This document shows positions 8,577 through 18,451 of a stretch of 64,000 nt of DNA, one piece after another; within the stretch, counting starts at the first letter, position 1; each line of letters opens with the position of its first letter. The stretch is from Bacteroidales bacterium (GTDB lineage: Bacteria; Bacteroidota; Bacteroidia; Bacteroidales; UBA932). A program made the translations under genes and the position numbers. The stretch covers positions 11,424 to 75,423 of the forward strand of contig JAFUWX010000045.1 in the NCBI GenBank assembly GCA_017471025.1. Direction: 5' to 3'. A model generated the notes under the pieces. It saw nothing but the letters and a program-made list of their open reading frames with translations. It was not told the origin of the DNA and did no database searches.

Positions 8577-10139
8577 CTATTCTTTCGTATTATCGAGTTG
8601 AACCTTGTCTTCGTCGTCGAGGAAATCGTGTCCGACGATCTTCTCCAGATTGGATTTCGCAATCAGGAAATTGTTGATGGCCTGGAATTCCGCTAGCCGG
8701 GACTGGGTCAGCACCAGCTGCGCGTCGTTCAGGTCGGTCAGCGTGCTCTTGCCCACCTGGTAGGATTTCTCCGAAATCTCATAGGCCTTGCGGGCCATCT
8801 CCACCGCCTCGCGGGCGGAATCGTAGCTCTTGATGCTCGTCGTCATCGTATTGAGGGCCTGCCGGATGGAGATTTTCAGCTGCCGCTCCGTATTGATGCG
8901 CTGCAGGTCGAGCTCCGCCTTCTGCACCTTGGCCTGACGGACGGCATGGTAGTTCTTCAGGCCGGTGAAAATCGGCACGGACAGGCTCAGGCCGACGAAG
9001 GAATACGGCGTCCAGCGATATTCGGAGAAATTGAAATCGTTGGTCATCGCATTCATGCTGTAGGAGAAATTCACGCTCAGGGTCGGCAGGTTGGCGTAGG
9101 TCTGCATGCGGATGGCGCTGGCCAGCTGCTCGGCCTGGAGGCCCAGCTGACGCATCGTCGTGTTGTAGTCCAGCGAGGCATTTTCGCCTTCGGCGACGGC
9201 GGCGACCATGTCGCCCACATAATCCGACAGGCTGCCGGTCACGTCGATGTTACGGTCCAGGTCTATGCCCATCACGGCCTTGAGCTGCCACAGGGCCAGG
9301 ATCACGGCACTTTCGCCGTTATAGACGTTCGGCACCGCCTGGGCGACATTCGCCTTGGCCCGGACATATTCCAATTCCGAGGCCTTCTTGACGATGTACC
9401 GCTTCTCGGTCCGGTCGAAGTTGTTGACGGCATTCTCATAGACTTCCTTATAGACATTGAACGCCTCGCGGGCCAGCAGCACGCCGTAATAGGCCTGCTT
9501 GACCTGGGCGATCATGTCCATCCGGGAGGCGCGGGCCTTTTCGACGGCCAATTCGCAACCGGTACCCGCATTGCGGATGCTTTCCCAAAGCGTAGCGTTG
9601 ATCAGGGGCATGCCGGCCGATATGCCGCCGTTGAAGGTATTCCAACGGCCGACGGCGATGCCTTCATTGGCCGAAGAGGTCGTCGTCTCGTCGGTGGTCG
9701 GGGGCACATAGGGCGGAATGACCAGCCCGGTCCCCTTGATGATTTCCTGGATGTAATAGTTGATCGGGGCCATGATCCCCGTGAACATGCTGGCCATGCC
9801 GCCGCCAGAACTGCCGGAGCCGCTGTCGTCACCACCCATGTACATGATCTGCTTCTTGATGGTGCACTGATAGGAACCCGTGGCATTGATCTGGGGGAAC
9901 AGCGAGGCGTAGGTGCCGCGGCGGGCGTATTCCGTACGCTGGATTTCCATGTCGGCCACTTTCACCGTCACATTCTCGCTGAGGGCGATGCGCAGGGCGT
10001 CTTCCAAGGTCAGGACGACGGTCGAGGTGTCCGCCTGTGCCGCGGGCTCACCGTCTTTGTACTGGGCTGACGCCGTCGCCGGAACCAGGCATAGCATCAC
10101 TGCCAGACCTGCCGGCCATAAAGATAGAAATGTTTTCAT
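8577..10139 (-). CDS. TolC-family outer-membrane channel
   Basis: Signal peptide from MKTFLSLW (ATG 10139), LTLEDALRIAL, VKQAYYGVLLA, YQVGKSTLTDL. Confidence 0.9.
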   Translation of the reverse strand: MKTFLSLWPAGLAVMLCLVPATASAQYKDGEPAAQADTSTVVLTLEDALRIALSENVTVKVADMEIQRTEYARRGTYASLFPQINATGSYQCTIKKQIMYMGGDDSGSGSSGGGMASMFTGIMAPINYYIQEIIKGTGLVIPPYVPPTTDETTTSSANEGIAVGRWNTFNGGISAGMPLINATLWESIRNAGTGCELAVEKARASRMDMIAQVKQAYYGVLLAREAFNVYKEVYENAVNNFDRTEKRYIVKKASELEYVRAKANVAQAVPNVYNGESAVILALWQLKAVMGIDLDRNIDVTGSLSDYVGDMVAAVAEGENASLDYNTTMRQLGLQAEQLASAIRMQTYANLPTLSVNFSYSMNAMTNDFNFSEYRWTPYSFVGLSLSVPIFTGLKNYHAVRQAKVQKAELDLQRINTERQLKISIRQALNTMTTSIKSYDSAREAVEMARKAYEISEKSYQVGKSTLTDLNDAQLVLTQSRLAEFQAINNFLIAKSNLEKIVGHDFLDDEDKVQLDNTKE

Positions 10140-10328
10140 CAATATTGATATTCCCAGGCCGCCTGTCGGCCTGTTGTTTTTGTTATGTATTCCGGCCTGC
10201 AAGCCCGTTCCGTACCGTTTCCAGACCATGCTGCAAGACCGCGCACATGGTGCGCAAATTGCGTACCATGCGCACGTTCTTTTTTACCACAAAACGGTCG
10301 TTTGGTCGATGACCTGGAGTTAAAACGA

Positions 10329-11225
10329 TTAACGGTTGACGCTATGGACGTTATTGCTGGCGGTTTTTTCCTTTTTCGGAGGCTGAGGCTTGTCCACGGC
10401 CGACGGCTTCCCTTTCAGGATGCTCCAGACCAGGACCACCGCGCCGGCCACGATAAAGGGAATGCTGAGCAGCTGTCCCATGTTCAGGACCATGTTCTCC
10501 TCGAATCCCACCTGCGGTTCCTTGATGAACTCGATCAGGAAGCGCATGCCGAACAGGACGATGAAGAAGATGCCGAAAATCGTACCCCGGTTGAGCTTGT
10601 CCAGCTTCTTGACATAGAGCCACAGGAGGGCGAAACCCAGCAAGGTATAGCTCAAGGCCTCATAAATCTGGGTGGGGTGCTTGGGCTCGGTCTCGCCGTT
10701 GCGCTCGAAAATGACGCCCCAGGGAAGGGTGGTCACATCGCCGTAAATCTCTGAATTGAAGAGGTTTCCCAGACGGATCAGGGCGCCGGCGAAACAGATG
10801 GGAATCACCAGCCGGTCCACCAGCCAGAAGAAATCGAAGCCGTTGGGACGGCCGTATTTCCGGGCGAACCAGATCATGCCGATTACCAGGGCGATGGTGC
10901 CGCCGTGGCTGGCCAGACCGCCTTTCCAGGGCTGGAAGATTTCCAGGAAGCCCTGCCAGCTTGTCAGGTAATAATCCGGCTGATAGAAAAGGCAGTGACC
11001 CAGGCGCGCGCCGACGATCGTGCAGATCAGCAGGGTATAGAGCAGGGGGTCCAGCAGTTTCTCCGGGACGCCCTCGCGGCGGAAGAACCAGCGGAAAATG
11101 TACCAGCCGATAATAAAGCCGGAAACGAACAGCAGGGAATACCACCGGATGCCGATGGGCCCGATATGGAAAATCTCCGGATTGACGTTCCAATGGATAT
11201 ACAACAATTCAGGCATATCTTTCAT
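10329..11225 (-). CDS. lgt: Prolipoprotein diacylglyceryl transferase
   Basis: IRWYSLL, GARLGHCLFY, GGLASHGG, RLGNLFNSE, HPTQIYE, RFLIEFIK. Confidence 0.96.
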   Translation of the reverse strand: MKDMPELLYIHWNVNPEIFHIGPIGIRWYSLLFVSGFIIGWYIFRWFFRREGVPEKLLDPLLYTLLICTIVGARLGHCLFYQPDYYLTSWQGFLEIFQPWKGGLASHGGTIALVIGMIWFARKYGRPNGFDFFWLVDRLVIPICFAGALIRLGNLFNSEIYGDVTTLPWGVIFERNGETEPKHPTQIYEALSYTLLGFALLWLYVKKLDKLNRGTIFGIFFIVLFGMRFLIEFIKEPQVGFEENMVLNMGQLLSIPFIVAGAVVLVWSILKGKPSAVDKPQPPKKEKTASNNVHSVNR

Positions 11226-11238
11226 TCATTATATTCGA

Positions 11239-11286
11239 CAAAGATACGATTATTCTTCCATTATTCCGATTTTTTCTTTATGTTTG
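11239..11286. promoter_or_regulatory. Divergent Bacteroidota sigma-A -7 elements for lgt and yhhN
   Basis: TATCTTTG on minus (11246-11239) and TATGTTTG on plus (11279-11286). Confidence 0.7.
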
Positions 11287-11291
11287 CCGCT

Positions 11292-11978
11292 ATGATCAAA
11301 CACGTAAAACCCTCGCTCATCGCCGCTTGTTTCCTGGCGGTGGCCATCGTACTGGACCTGTATGCCTGTCTGGCATCCATCCGGCCGCTGGAAGTGGTCG
11401 TCAAACCCTTGCTGATGTCCTTGCTGGCGCTGACCAGCGCCGCCTGGCTGATGGAGCATGGCGGCGAGAGGCGCACCGTCACCCTGCTGATGGCCGCGCA
11501 GCTGCTGGGCTGCGCCGGCGACACGCTGCTGATGGGCAGCGGCCTGCCCTTTTTCGGCGCGGGCATGGGCGCTTTCCTCGCCGGACATATCTGCTACCTG
11601 TGCCTCTTCGGGAAGAAGGCCTGGCCGGGGCTCGGCCGCAAAGTCTGGATTCCGGCCCTGCTGGTCATGGCCGGCGTGCTGCTGGTCGTCGTGCGGGTCA
11701 TCGGCATCCAGGGAGCCCTGCTGGCGCCGATGCTGATCTATGGATTTGCGCTTCTCCTTCTGATTTTCAGCGGTTTATGCGGCGTTGTCCGGCTGCGGGA
11801 AGGGCTCACCTGGTGGATCATCCTGGCCGGCGGCGTGCTGTTCACCGTATCCGACGCGATCATCGCCCTGCGCACCTTCGGCCTGGAAGAGACGCCGGCG
11901 CTCGGCTTCACCATCATGCTGACCTATATCCTCGCCCAGATCTCCCTGGCCTTCGGCGCCTGCCGCCTGAACGACTGA
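11292..11978 (+). CDS. Lysoplasmalogenase (YhhN/TMEM86 family)
   Basis: Multi-TM protein; KPLLM, GDTLL, AFLAGHICY, LFTVSDAIIA, IMLTYILAQ. Confidence 0.85.
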   Translation: MIKHVKPSLIAACFLAVAIVLDLYACLASIRPLEVVVKPLLMSLLALTSAAWLMEHGGERRTVTLLMAAQLLGCAGDTLLMGSGLPFFGAGMGAFLAGHICYLCLFGKKAWPGLGRKVWIPALLVMAGVLLVVVRVIGIQGALLAPMLIYGFALLLLIFSGLCGVVRLREGLTWWIILAGGVLFTVSDAIIALRTFGLEETPALGFTIMLTYILAQISLAFGACRLND

Positions 11979-12072
11979 AAGGTGGGCAGGCCTGGTGGAT
12001 AGCCTCGCCGCCTGCCCCTGCCTGGGCAAAATATTCATTTGAAAAGCCGACAGGATTTGTTATCTTTGCGAC

Positions 12073-12726
12073 ATGATCATTGAAGCACATGGCATCAAAA
12101 AGAGTTTCGGCACCCTGCAAGTGCTGAAAGGCGTAGATTTTTCCGCCCGCCAGGGCGAAGTAGTCGCCATCATGGGCGCATCCGGCGCAGGGAAATCCAC
12201 CCTGCTCCAAATCCTCGGCACCCTCTCCTCCCCGGACGAAGGAACCCTGACCCTGGACGGCACCAACGTCCTCGGCCTGGGCCGCGACGCCCTCTCGCAA
12301 TTCCGCTGCCAGCGCATCGGCTTCGTCTTCCAGTTCCACCACCTGCTGCCCGAATTCACCGCCCTGGAAAACGTCATGATCCCCGCCTTCATCGCCGGGA
12401 AAAGCGACCGCAAGGCCCGCGAGGAGGCCCTGCACCTGCTGGACATCCTGGGCCTGTCCGCACGCGCCACCCACAAGCCGTCCGAACTTTCCGGCGGAGA
12501 GCAACAGCGCGTGGCCATTGCCCGCGCCCTCATCAACCAGCCCGCCGTCCTCTTTGCGGACGAACCCTCCGGCAATCTGGACAGCCTCACCAAAAAGGAC
12601 CTGCACCAACTGTTCTTCGACCTGCGCGACCGCCTCGGCCAGACCATCGTCATCGTGACCCACGACCCGGAGCTGGCCGCCCTCTGCGACCGCAGCCTCT
12701 TCCTGCGGGACGGCCTCTTTGAATAG
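12073..12726 (+). CDS. lolD: LolD-type ABC ATPase
   Basis: [45 protein letters not shown]; TATCTTTG at 12061-12068. Confidence 0.85.
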   Translation: MIIEAHGIKKSFGTLQVLKGVDFSARQGEVVAIMGASGAGKSTLLQILGTLSSPDEGTLTLDGTNVLGLGRDALSQFRCQRIGFVFQFHHLLPEFTALENVMIPAFIAGKSDRKAREEALHLLDILGLSARATHKPSELSGGEQQRVAIARALINQPAVLFADEPSGNLDSLTKKDLHQLFFDLRDRLGQTIVIVTHDPELAALCDRSLFLRDGLFE

Positions 12727-12781
12727 GGATTTTGCCCCGTCCTGAAGCGCGTTTACCCACCGATACTTTTCATCCGCTTTT

Positions 12782-12807
12782 TACTTTCGGGGAACGGGCG
12801 TGTCTAA
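12782..12807 (+). promoter_or_regulatory. Putative ECF-sigma promoter
   Basis: TACTT-N16-TCTAA ending 9 nt before the ATG at 12817; resembles sigmaE-type AACTT-N16-TCTRA. Confidence 0.5.
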
Positions 12808-12816
12808 TGTTGGCGT

Positions 12817-13173
12817 ATGGAAGAGAAAAAAATACCTTTTATCGTCCCGTCGGACTACTTCGATGACCTGCAGCAACGCCTGGAGGTCATTCCCTCCCGC
12901 ACACAGCCGGTGACGGCCTGGATGCGCCTGAAGCCCTATGTCGCCATGGCCGCCTCCCTCCTGGTGCTGGTGACCGCCGGGACCTGGATCCTGGAGCGGA
13001 CCGTTCCCGACCCGGATGCCACAGCCGCGGAAGAATGGCTGACCGAGACCAACCCTTACGCCGTCCAGGCGATTCTCGCCGACAATGCGGACCCAGGGCC
13101 CACAGAAGAGGATATTATCCAGTATCTCATTGACTCAGGAATAAATATGGACTATTATGAAACGAATGATTAA
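12817..13173 (+). CDS. Single-pass membrane protein, putative anti-sigma factor
   Basis: PFIVPSDYFD N-terminal motif, TM YVAMAASLLVLV, C-terminal EEDIIQYL; the type that normally follows a Bacteroidota ECF sigma. Confidence 0.6.
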   Translation: MEEKKIPFIVPSDYFDDLQQRLEVIPSRTQPVTAWMRLKPYVAMAASLLVLVTAGTWILERTVPDPDATAAEEWLTETNPYAVQAILADNADPGPTEEDIIQYLIDSGINMDYYETND

Positions 13174-13663
13174 CATCCTGTTCGTCCTGCTCTGCCTGAC
13201 CGGCGGACTGCAGGCGCAAGACAAAAAAGAAGACAAGAAAGGAAATCCCGACCATGAGAAAATGCGCGCCGAAATGGTCGCTTTCTTCACGGCTGAACTC
13301 GATCTGACCCCGGCCGAAGCGGAAAAATTCTGGCCGGTATTCAATGAGGCCAAGGACCGGCAGCGGGAGCACTTCCATGCCTCCCATCAGGCCTACAAAG
13401 CCCTGTGCCGCGGAATCAAGGAAGGCAAGACGGGCGCCGAAATCGCCGCGCTGACCGACGCCTATGTCCAGGCGCAGGCCGCCTCGAACCAGGTCTTCAC
13501 CGACTTCCTGCCGAAGTTCCGCCAGGTGCTGCCGGAAGAGAAGGTAGCCCGCATTTTCATGGCGGAAGAAAAGTTCCGCCGTCAGCAGATTCACAGGCTC
13601 CGCCCGGGCGACGGAGGGAAAAACGCCCCTGACGGAGAACGCCGGGGCAAGCATCGCTCGTAA
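13157..13663 (+). CDS. Periplasmic helical Spy/CpxP-like protein (putative ECF sensor)
   Basis: Signal peptide, VAFFTAELDLTPAEAEKFWPVFN, VLPEEKVARIFMAEEKF. Confidence 0.7.
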   Translation: MKRMINILFVLLCLTGGLQAQDKKEDKKGNPDHEKMRAEMVAFFTAELDLTPAEAEKFWPVFNEAKDRQREHFHASHQAYKALCRGIKEGKTGAEIAALTDAYVQAQAASNQVFTDFLPKFRQVLPEEKVARIFMAEEKFRRQQIHRLRPGDGGKNAPDGERRGKHRS

Positions 13664-13676
13664 GATCCGTAAATCC

Positions 13677-13713
13677 GAAAGGGCTGGCCAAAGAATCCTT
13701 GGCCAGCCCTTTC
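13677..13713. terminator. Bidirectional intrinsic terminator
   Basis: gaaagggctggccaa...ttggccagccctttc 15-bp stem between convergent genes. Confidence 0.85.
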
Positions 13714-13735
13714 TTAATCCTTAGTCCTGAATGAC

Positions 13736-14989
13736 TTAGTCCTGGATGGCAGCGATGCCGGGCAGGACTTTTCCTTCGATAGCCTCAAGCATGGCGCCAC
13801 CGCCGGTGGACACGTAGCTCACCTTGTCGGCATAGCCCATCTGGGTCACAGCCGCGACAGAGTCACCGCCGCCCACAAGCGTGTAGGCGCCATTCTTGGT
13901 GGCCTCTGCCAGGTCTTCGGCAATCTGCAGGGTACCCTTGGCGAAGTTCGGAAGCTCGAACACGCCGACCGGACCGTTCCACAGGATGGTCTTGGAAGCC
14001 AGGATGACTTTCTTCCAGGCTTCGAGGGTAGCCGGAGCGGCATCCATGCCTTCCCATCCGTCGTCGATGTTGTGGGTATCGAAAATCCGCTGCGGGGTGT
14101 CGTTTTCGAACTTCTGGCCGGCTACGGTCTGGATGGAGAGATAGACGTTCACGCCTTTCTCCTTCGCCGTGGCGAGGATTTCGAGGGCATCCGGAATCAG
14201 TTCGTCCTCATGCAGGGAGAGACCGATCTTGCCGCCCTGGGCCTTGATGAAGGTATATCCCATACCGCCGCCGATGATCAGGTTATCGACCTTGCCGACC
14301 AGGTTCTTCAGGACGGCCAGTTTGGAAGACACCTTGGAGCCGCCGATGATGGCCGTCAGCGGGCGCTGGGCATTCTTCAGGACATTGTCGATGGCCTTGA
14401 TCTCACCTTCCATCAGGTAGCCGAACATCTTGTCATTAGGGAAGTATTCGGCGATGAGGGCGGTGGAGGCGTGGGCACGGTGGGCCGTACCGAAAGCGTC
14501 GTTGATATAGCAGTCGGCATAGCTGGCGAGCTTCTTCACGAATTCCTTCTGGCTGGCCTTCACGGCAGCCTTGGCCGCCTTCTTCTCCTCGTCGGAGGCA
14601 TCCTCGGCGAGTCCGCGCGGTTTGCCTTCTTCCTCGGCGTAGTAACGGAGGTTTTCGAGCAGCAGGGCCTCACCCGGCTTCAGGGCGGCGGCCTGCGCAT
14701 CGGCCTTCATGCAGTCATCCGCGAACTGGACGGGCACACCCAGGCACTCGCTCACGCGGGCCACGATGTGTTTGAGGGAGAATTTCGGGTCCACCTTCTT
14801 GGGACGGCCCAGATGGGACATGATAATCAGGGAACCGCCCTTCTCAAGCACTTTCTTGAGGGTGGGCATGGCCCGGCGGATACGGGTATCGTCGGTAATT
14901 TCGAAATTTTCGTTCAGCGGAACGTTGAAATCCACACGGACAATGGCTTTCTTGCCGGTGAAATCGTACTGATCAATGTGCTGTTGCAT
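13736..14989 (-). CDS. pgk: Phosphoglycerate kinase
   Basis: [29 protein letters not shown]; start ATG 14989 with -7 element at 15030-15023. Confidence 0.97.
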   Translation of the reverse strand: MQQHIDQYDFTGKKAIVRVDFNVPLNENFEITDDTRIRRAMPTLKKVLEKGGSLIIMSHLGRPKKVDPKFSLKHIVARVSECLGVPVQFADDCMKADAQAAALKPGEALLLENLRYYAEEEGKPRGLAEDASDEEKKAAKAAVKASQKEFVKKLASYADCYINDAFGTAHRAHASTALIAEYFPNDKMFGYLMEGEIKAIDNVLKNAQRPLTAIIGGSKVSSKLAVLKNLVGKVDNLIIGGGMGYTFIKAQGGKIGLSLHEDELIPDALEILATAKEKGVNVYLSIQTVAGQKFENDTPQRIFDTHNIDDGWEGMDAAPATLEAWKKVILASKTILWNGPVGVFELPNFAKGTLQIAEDLAEATKNGAYTLVGGGDSVAAVTQMGYADKVSYVSTGGGAMLEAIEGKVLPGIAAIQD

Positions 14990-15221
14990 AAAAATATAGT
15001 AAGTTAATTCTTTTGCGTCTTGCAAAGATACTGCTTTATCCACCTTTCTCCAAAAAAACTTTATTCTGCAGAGGCCGGCCGATGGCCCTGTCCTGGCTTG
15101 TCCCCCATGAAGCTTGTGCCCCATCCTGCCGGCCGTCAAGGCAACCATGCAGCCATGCGGGCGGAAGATTTGCTCTTTCGGCGGTTTCTGGCTATCTTTG
15201 CAACATCCAAAAGCGTGAGCC

Positions 15222-16172
15222 ATGACGATAGAATATCCTTCATCCCTGTGGAAAGATTACGAACTGGTGGACTGCGGCGGCGGCGAAAAGCTCGAACGCT
15301 ACGGCCCTTACCTGATGGCCAGGCCTGAGCCCAAGGCCCTGTGGGACAAGTCTTTACCCGAAAGCAAATGGAACAGCATGATCCATGTCCGCTTCCGGCC
15401 CGGGGCCGGATTCGGCAAGGCGGGCAAAGAGGACAGCGGCACCTGGGAACGCCTGCGGGGCATGGAGGACCAGTGGCAGATCGTCTATAACGGCACCCCC
15501 GACGCCGAGACCCGCGCCGCTTCCGACCTGCATATCGCCCTGCGGCTCGGCCTCACCTCCTTCAAGCACGTGGGCGTCTTTCCCGAACAGGCCCCGAACT
15601 GGGAATATATCTTCCGGGAAACCAGCCGTTTACGGCGGATCCACCAGGCCAACGGGCTGCCCGCGCCGCGGGTGCTGAACCTGTTCGCCTACACGGGCGG
15701 GGCTTCCCTGGCCGCCAAGGCCGCCGGGGCGGACGTCACCCACCTGGACTCGGTCCGACAGGTCGTCACCTGGGCCCGCGACAACATGGAACGCAGCGGC
15801 CTGGACGGGGTACGCTGGGTCGTGGAAGACGCGCTCAAATTCGCCCGCCGCGAAGCCAAACGCGGCAACCTGTACCAGGGCATCATCCTGGATCCGCCGG
15901 CCTACGGGCACGGACCGGACGGCGAAAAATGGAAACTGGACGAACTCCTCTTCGACCTGCTGAAAACGGTGGACCGGATCCTGGAGCCGAGAAACAGCTT
16001 CCTGGTCCTGAACCTGTACTCCAACGGCTATTCCGCCATGCTGGGCGAAACCCTCGTCCGCCAGGCCTTCCGGCCGGATGGAAACGCGATGCTGGAAAGC
16101 GGAGAACTGGCCCTGAAGGACCAGTATGGGAAAGTCCTGCCGCTGAGTATCTTCGTACGGCTACGCCGATAA
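15222..16172 (+). CDS. Class I SAM-dependent methyltransferase (RlmI/RlmK-like)
   Basis: [27 protein letters not shown]; TATCTTTG at 15193-15200. Confidence 0.85.
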   Translation: MTIEYPSSLWKDYELVDCGGGEKLERYGPYLMARPEPKALWDKSLPESKWNSMIHVRFRPGAGFGKAGKEDSGTWERLRGMEDQWQIVYNGTPDAETRAASDLHIALRLGLTSFKHVGVFPEQAPNWEYIFRETSRLRRIHQANGLPAPRVLNLFAYTGGASLAAKAAGADVTHLDSVRQVVTWARDNMERSGLDGVRWVVEDALKFARREAKRGNLYQGIILDPPAYGHGPDGEKWKLDELLFDLLKTVDRILEPRNSFLVLNLYSNGYSAMLGETLVRQAFRPDGNAMLESGELALKDQYGKVLPLSIFVRLRR

Positions 16173-16174
16173 TT

Positions 16175-16825
16175 TTACCCGTATAACTCCCGCAGGACGG
16201 CCAGGGAACGGACGTTGATGGCCGATTCCGTATGGAATTCCAGGTAGCGGAGGATATCCTCGCACAGGGCGTTGCGCACATCCCCCGACAGGGGAATCAG
16301 CATGGCCTCGGAGAAAGATGACTCCAGCAGGCGGCGCATGATCGCCAGGTGCTTGTCCGAAAACGGTGCGATATCCTCGAAGGTGGGCCGGAAACCCAGC
16401 GTCTCGGCCAGCTCCAGCAGAAAAATCAGGTGGAAATTGCTGAAATCAGCCTCCAGCGCATCCAGCGTCAGGATCTGGCGCTGGCACCAGTCGAACAGCC
16501 CATCCTCATTCGCCCCGTCCTTGATGACCCGGTAAAGCACCTCGCTCAGAAACAGGGTCATGGAATTCTTATACAGGTTGCTGCGGATGCCGTTCAGCGG
16601 GAAGCGGGAGCCAAAGCCATGGGCGGTCCACAGCTGGGCATGCGGGCGCTCGACCACCTCCGCCTCCAGGATATTCAGCGGAAGGAACAGGGCCATGCCG
16701 GTCTTCTTCCCGATGCGGACCAGAAAGCCGCGTCGCCCATATTCCCGGCTCAGGGTATGGACGACGACGGAATTCTCCCCGAAACGGGTATAATTCAGGA
16801 CGATCAGTTCGACGCCGCGCTTCAT
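16175..16825 (-). CDS. recO: DNA repair protein RecO
   Basis: FGENSVVVHTLSREYGR, LFLSEVL, LRYLEFH...SLAVLRELY. Confidence 0.88.
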   Translation of the reverse strand: MKRGVELIVLNYTRFGENSVVVHTLSREYGRRGFLVRIGKKTGMALFLPLNILEAEVVERPHAQLWTAHGFGSRFPLNGIRSNLYKNSMTLFLSEVLYRVIKDGANEDGLFDWCQRQILTLDALEADFSNFHLIFLLELAETLGFRPTFEDIAPFSDKHLAIMRRLLESSFSEAMLIPLSGDVRNALCEDILRYLEFHTESAINVRSLAVLRELYG

Positions 16826-18447
16826 CAGAAGGAAATCAGCGGTTGGGTAAGGGCCTCCTGGAGCTGCTTGTCATAGCGCAGACGGACCTGGATGCCGGCC
16901 TCCTGATAGTGGTAACGGACGGCGATCTCCTCTTCGATCCACGGCAGGATCTCGTCCTTCTTCAGCCGGAGGAATTTCTCCTTGTCCATGTCGATGGCCT
17001 TGTCCAGGGCGTCCAACTCGGGCTTCATGGCCTCGGCGACGCCGTCCTTCTCCAGCTCGGCGCGCATCTGGTCGAACAGGGTCTTGGCGGAGGAACGATA
17101 ATCGAATTCCCGACCCTTGGCGAATTGCACAAATTCCTCATAATCCGTGAAATGGAAGTCTTTCACGGCCGGGATGGAGGCATGTTCCGAGACATATTTC
17201 AGGGTATATTCCTTGATGATGCCGTTGACCACCAGCGAATAGATCAGCCGGCTGTATTCCGGCAGGGATAGTTCCACATCCGGGGTGATGCCGCCGCCGT
17301 CGCGCACCAGCCGGCCATGGGCCGTCTTGAAGGTCTGGGTCAGCGAATCCGTGATATGCCCCACGCTGCCGTCTTCGTTCCGGCGGGCATAGTCGATGGC
17401 CTGCACGCAGCGGCCGCTGGGCGTATAATACTTGGCCGTGGTCACCTTGAGCTGCCCGTTGTAGGGCAGGGGACGGATGCTCTGCACGAGGCCCTTGCCA
17501 TAGGTACGGCGCCCCATGATCGTGGCACGGTCCAGGTCCTGGAGGGCCCCGGAAACGATTTCGGACGCCGATGCGGAACCGCCGTCCACCAGGACGATCA
17601 GCGGCAATTGTTCATCGATGGGGTCCAGCATCGTCCGCAGCTCATGCCGGGGTGTGGACGCACCTTTCGAGGTGACGACCAGGGAGCCTTTCGGGACGAA
17701 GGCCGACACGATGCCCGCCGCTTCGCTCATCAGGCCGCCGCCGTTGCCGCGCAGGTCATACACCAGGCGCTTGATGCCCTGTTTCTTGAGTTTCTGGACG
17801 GCCGCCCGCACTTCGCCGGAGACATTTTCGGTGAAGCCGGTCTGGAGGATATACCCGGTCGTATCGTCCAGCATGCCGGCATATTCCACATCCGGAAGGT
17901 GGATGCGCTGCCGGGTGACGGATATCTCCTTTTCCTCGTCGGTGCGAACCTTGAGCACCTTGAAACACACCGTCGTGCCAGGCTTTCCCTTCATGCGGTC
18001 GCTGCATTCACGGGTCTCCAAGCCCCGCACGGATACCCCGTCGATCTCTAGGATACGGTCGCCCGCCTGGAGGCCCGCCCGTGCCGCCGGAGAGTCCTTG
18101 TAGGGCTCGTCTATGGTCAGCAGTCCGTCTTTTTCGGGCTTGAAAATAATGGCGCCGATGCCGCCGTAGGTCTTGGCGATCAGCATCTGGAGGTCCTCAT
18201 TTTCCTCTTCGGGCACATAGATGGTGTAAGGGTCCAGCTCCGCCAGCATCGCATCGATGCCGCGCAGCTGCATGCGCTCCAGCGGGAGACTGTCCACATA
18301 GGAACGGCTGAGTTCCTTGAGGATCGCGTTATGGATCTCGACCCACTGGCCGAGTTTGAAATTCTTGTCTTGCGCGGAAAGGGTGCCCGCCGCAAACAGG
18401 ACCAGGGCGACCCACAATGTAATTTTCTTCATATAAAACGGTACCAT
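16825..18447 (-). CDS. S41 carboxy-terminal processing protease
   Basis: PDZ region, DLRGNGGG, SASASEIVSGALQD, TYGKGLVQ; alternative start 18432. Confidence 0.93.
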   Translation of the reverse strand: MVPFYMKKITLWVALVLFAAGTLSAQDKNFKLGQWVEIHNAILKELSRSYVDSLPLERMQLRGIDAMLAELDPYTIYVPEEENEDLQMLIAKTYGGIGAIIFKPEKDGLLTIDEPYKDSPAARAGLQAGDRILEIDGVSVRGLETRECSDRMKGKPGTTVCFKVLKVRTDEEKEISVTRQRIHLPDVEYAGMLDDTTGYILQTGFTENVSGEVRAAVQKLKKQGIKRLVYDLRGNGGGLMSEAAGIVSAFVPKGSLVVTSKGASTPRHELRTMLDPIDEQLPLIVLVDGGSASASEIVSGALQDLDRATIMGRRTYGKGLVQSIRPLPYNGQLKVTTAKYYTPSGRCVQAIDYARRNEDGSVGHITDSLTQTFKTAHGRLVRDGGGITPDVELSLPEYSRLIYSLVVNGIIKEYTLKYVSEHASIPAVKDFHFTDYEEFVQFAKGREFDYRSSAKTLFDQMRAELEKDGVAEAMKPELDALDKAIDMDKEKFLRLKKDEILPWIEEEIAVRYHYQEAGIQVRLRYDKQLQEALTQPLISF

Positions 18448-18451
18448 CGTG

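Noticed and set aside
13736-15223. N-terminally extended ORF calls for pgk (also trxA, tolC, yhhN, rplE, rplP)
   Set aside because: The extensions run through promoters or neighbouring genes; downstream ATGs match the family N-termini
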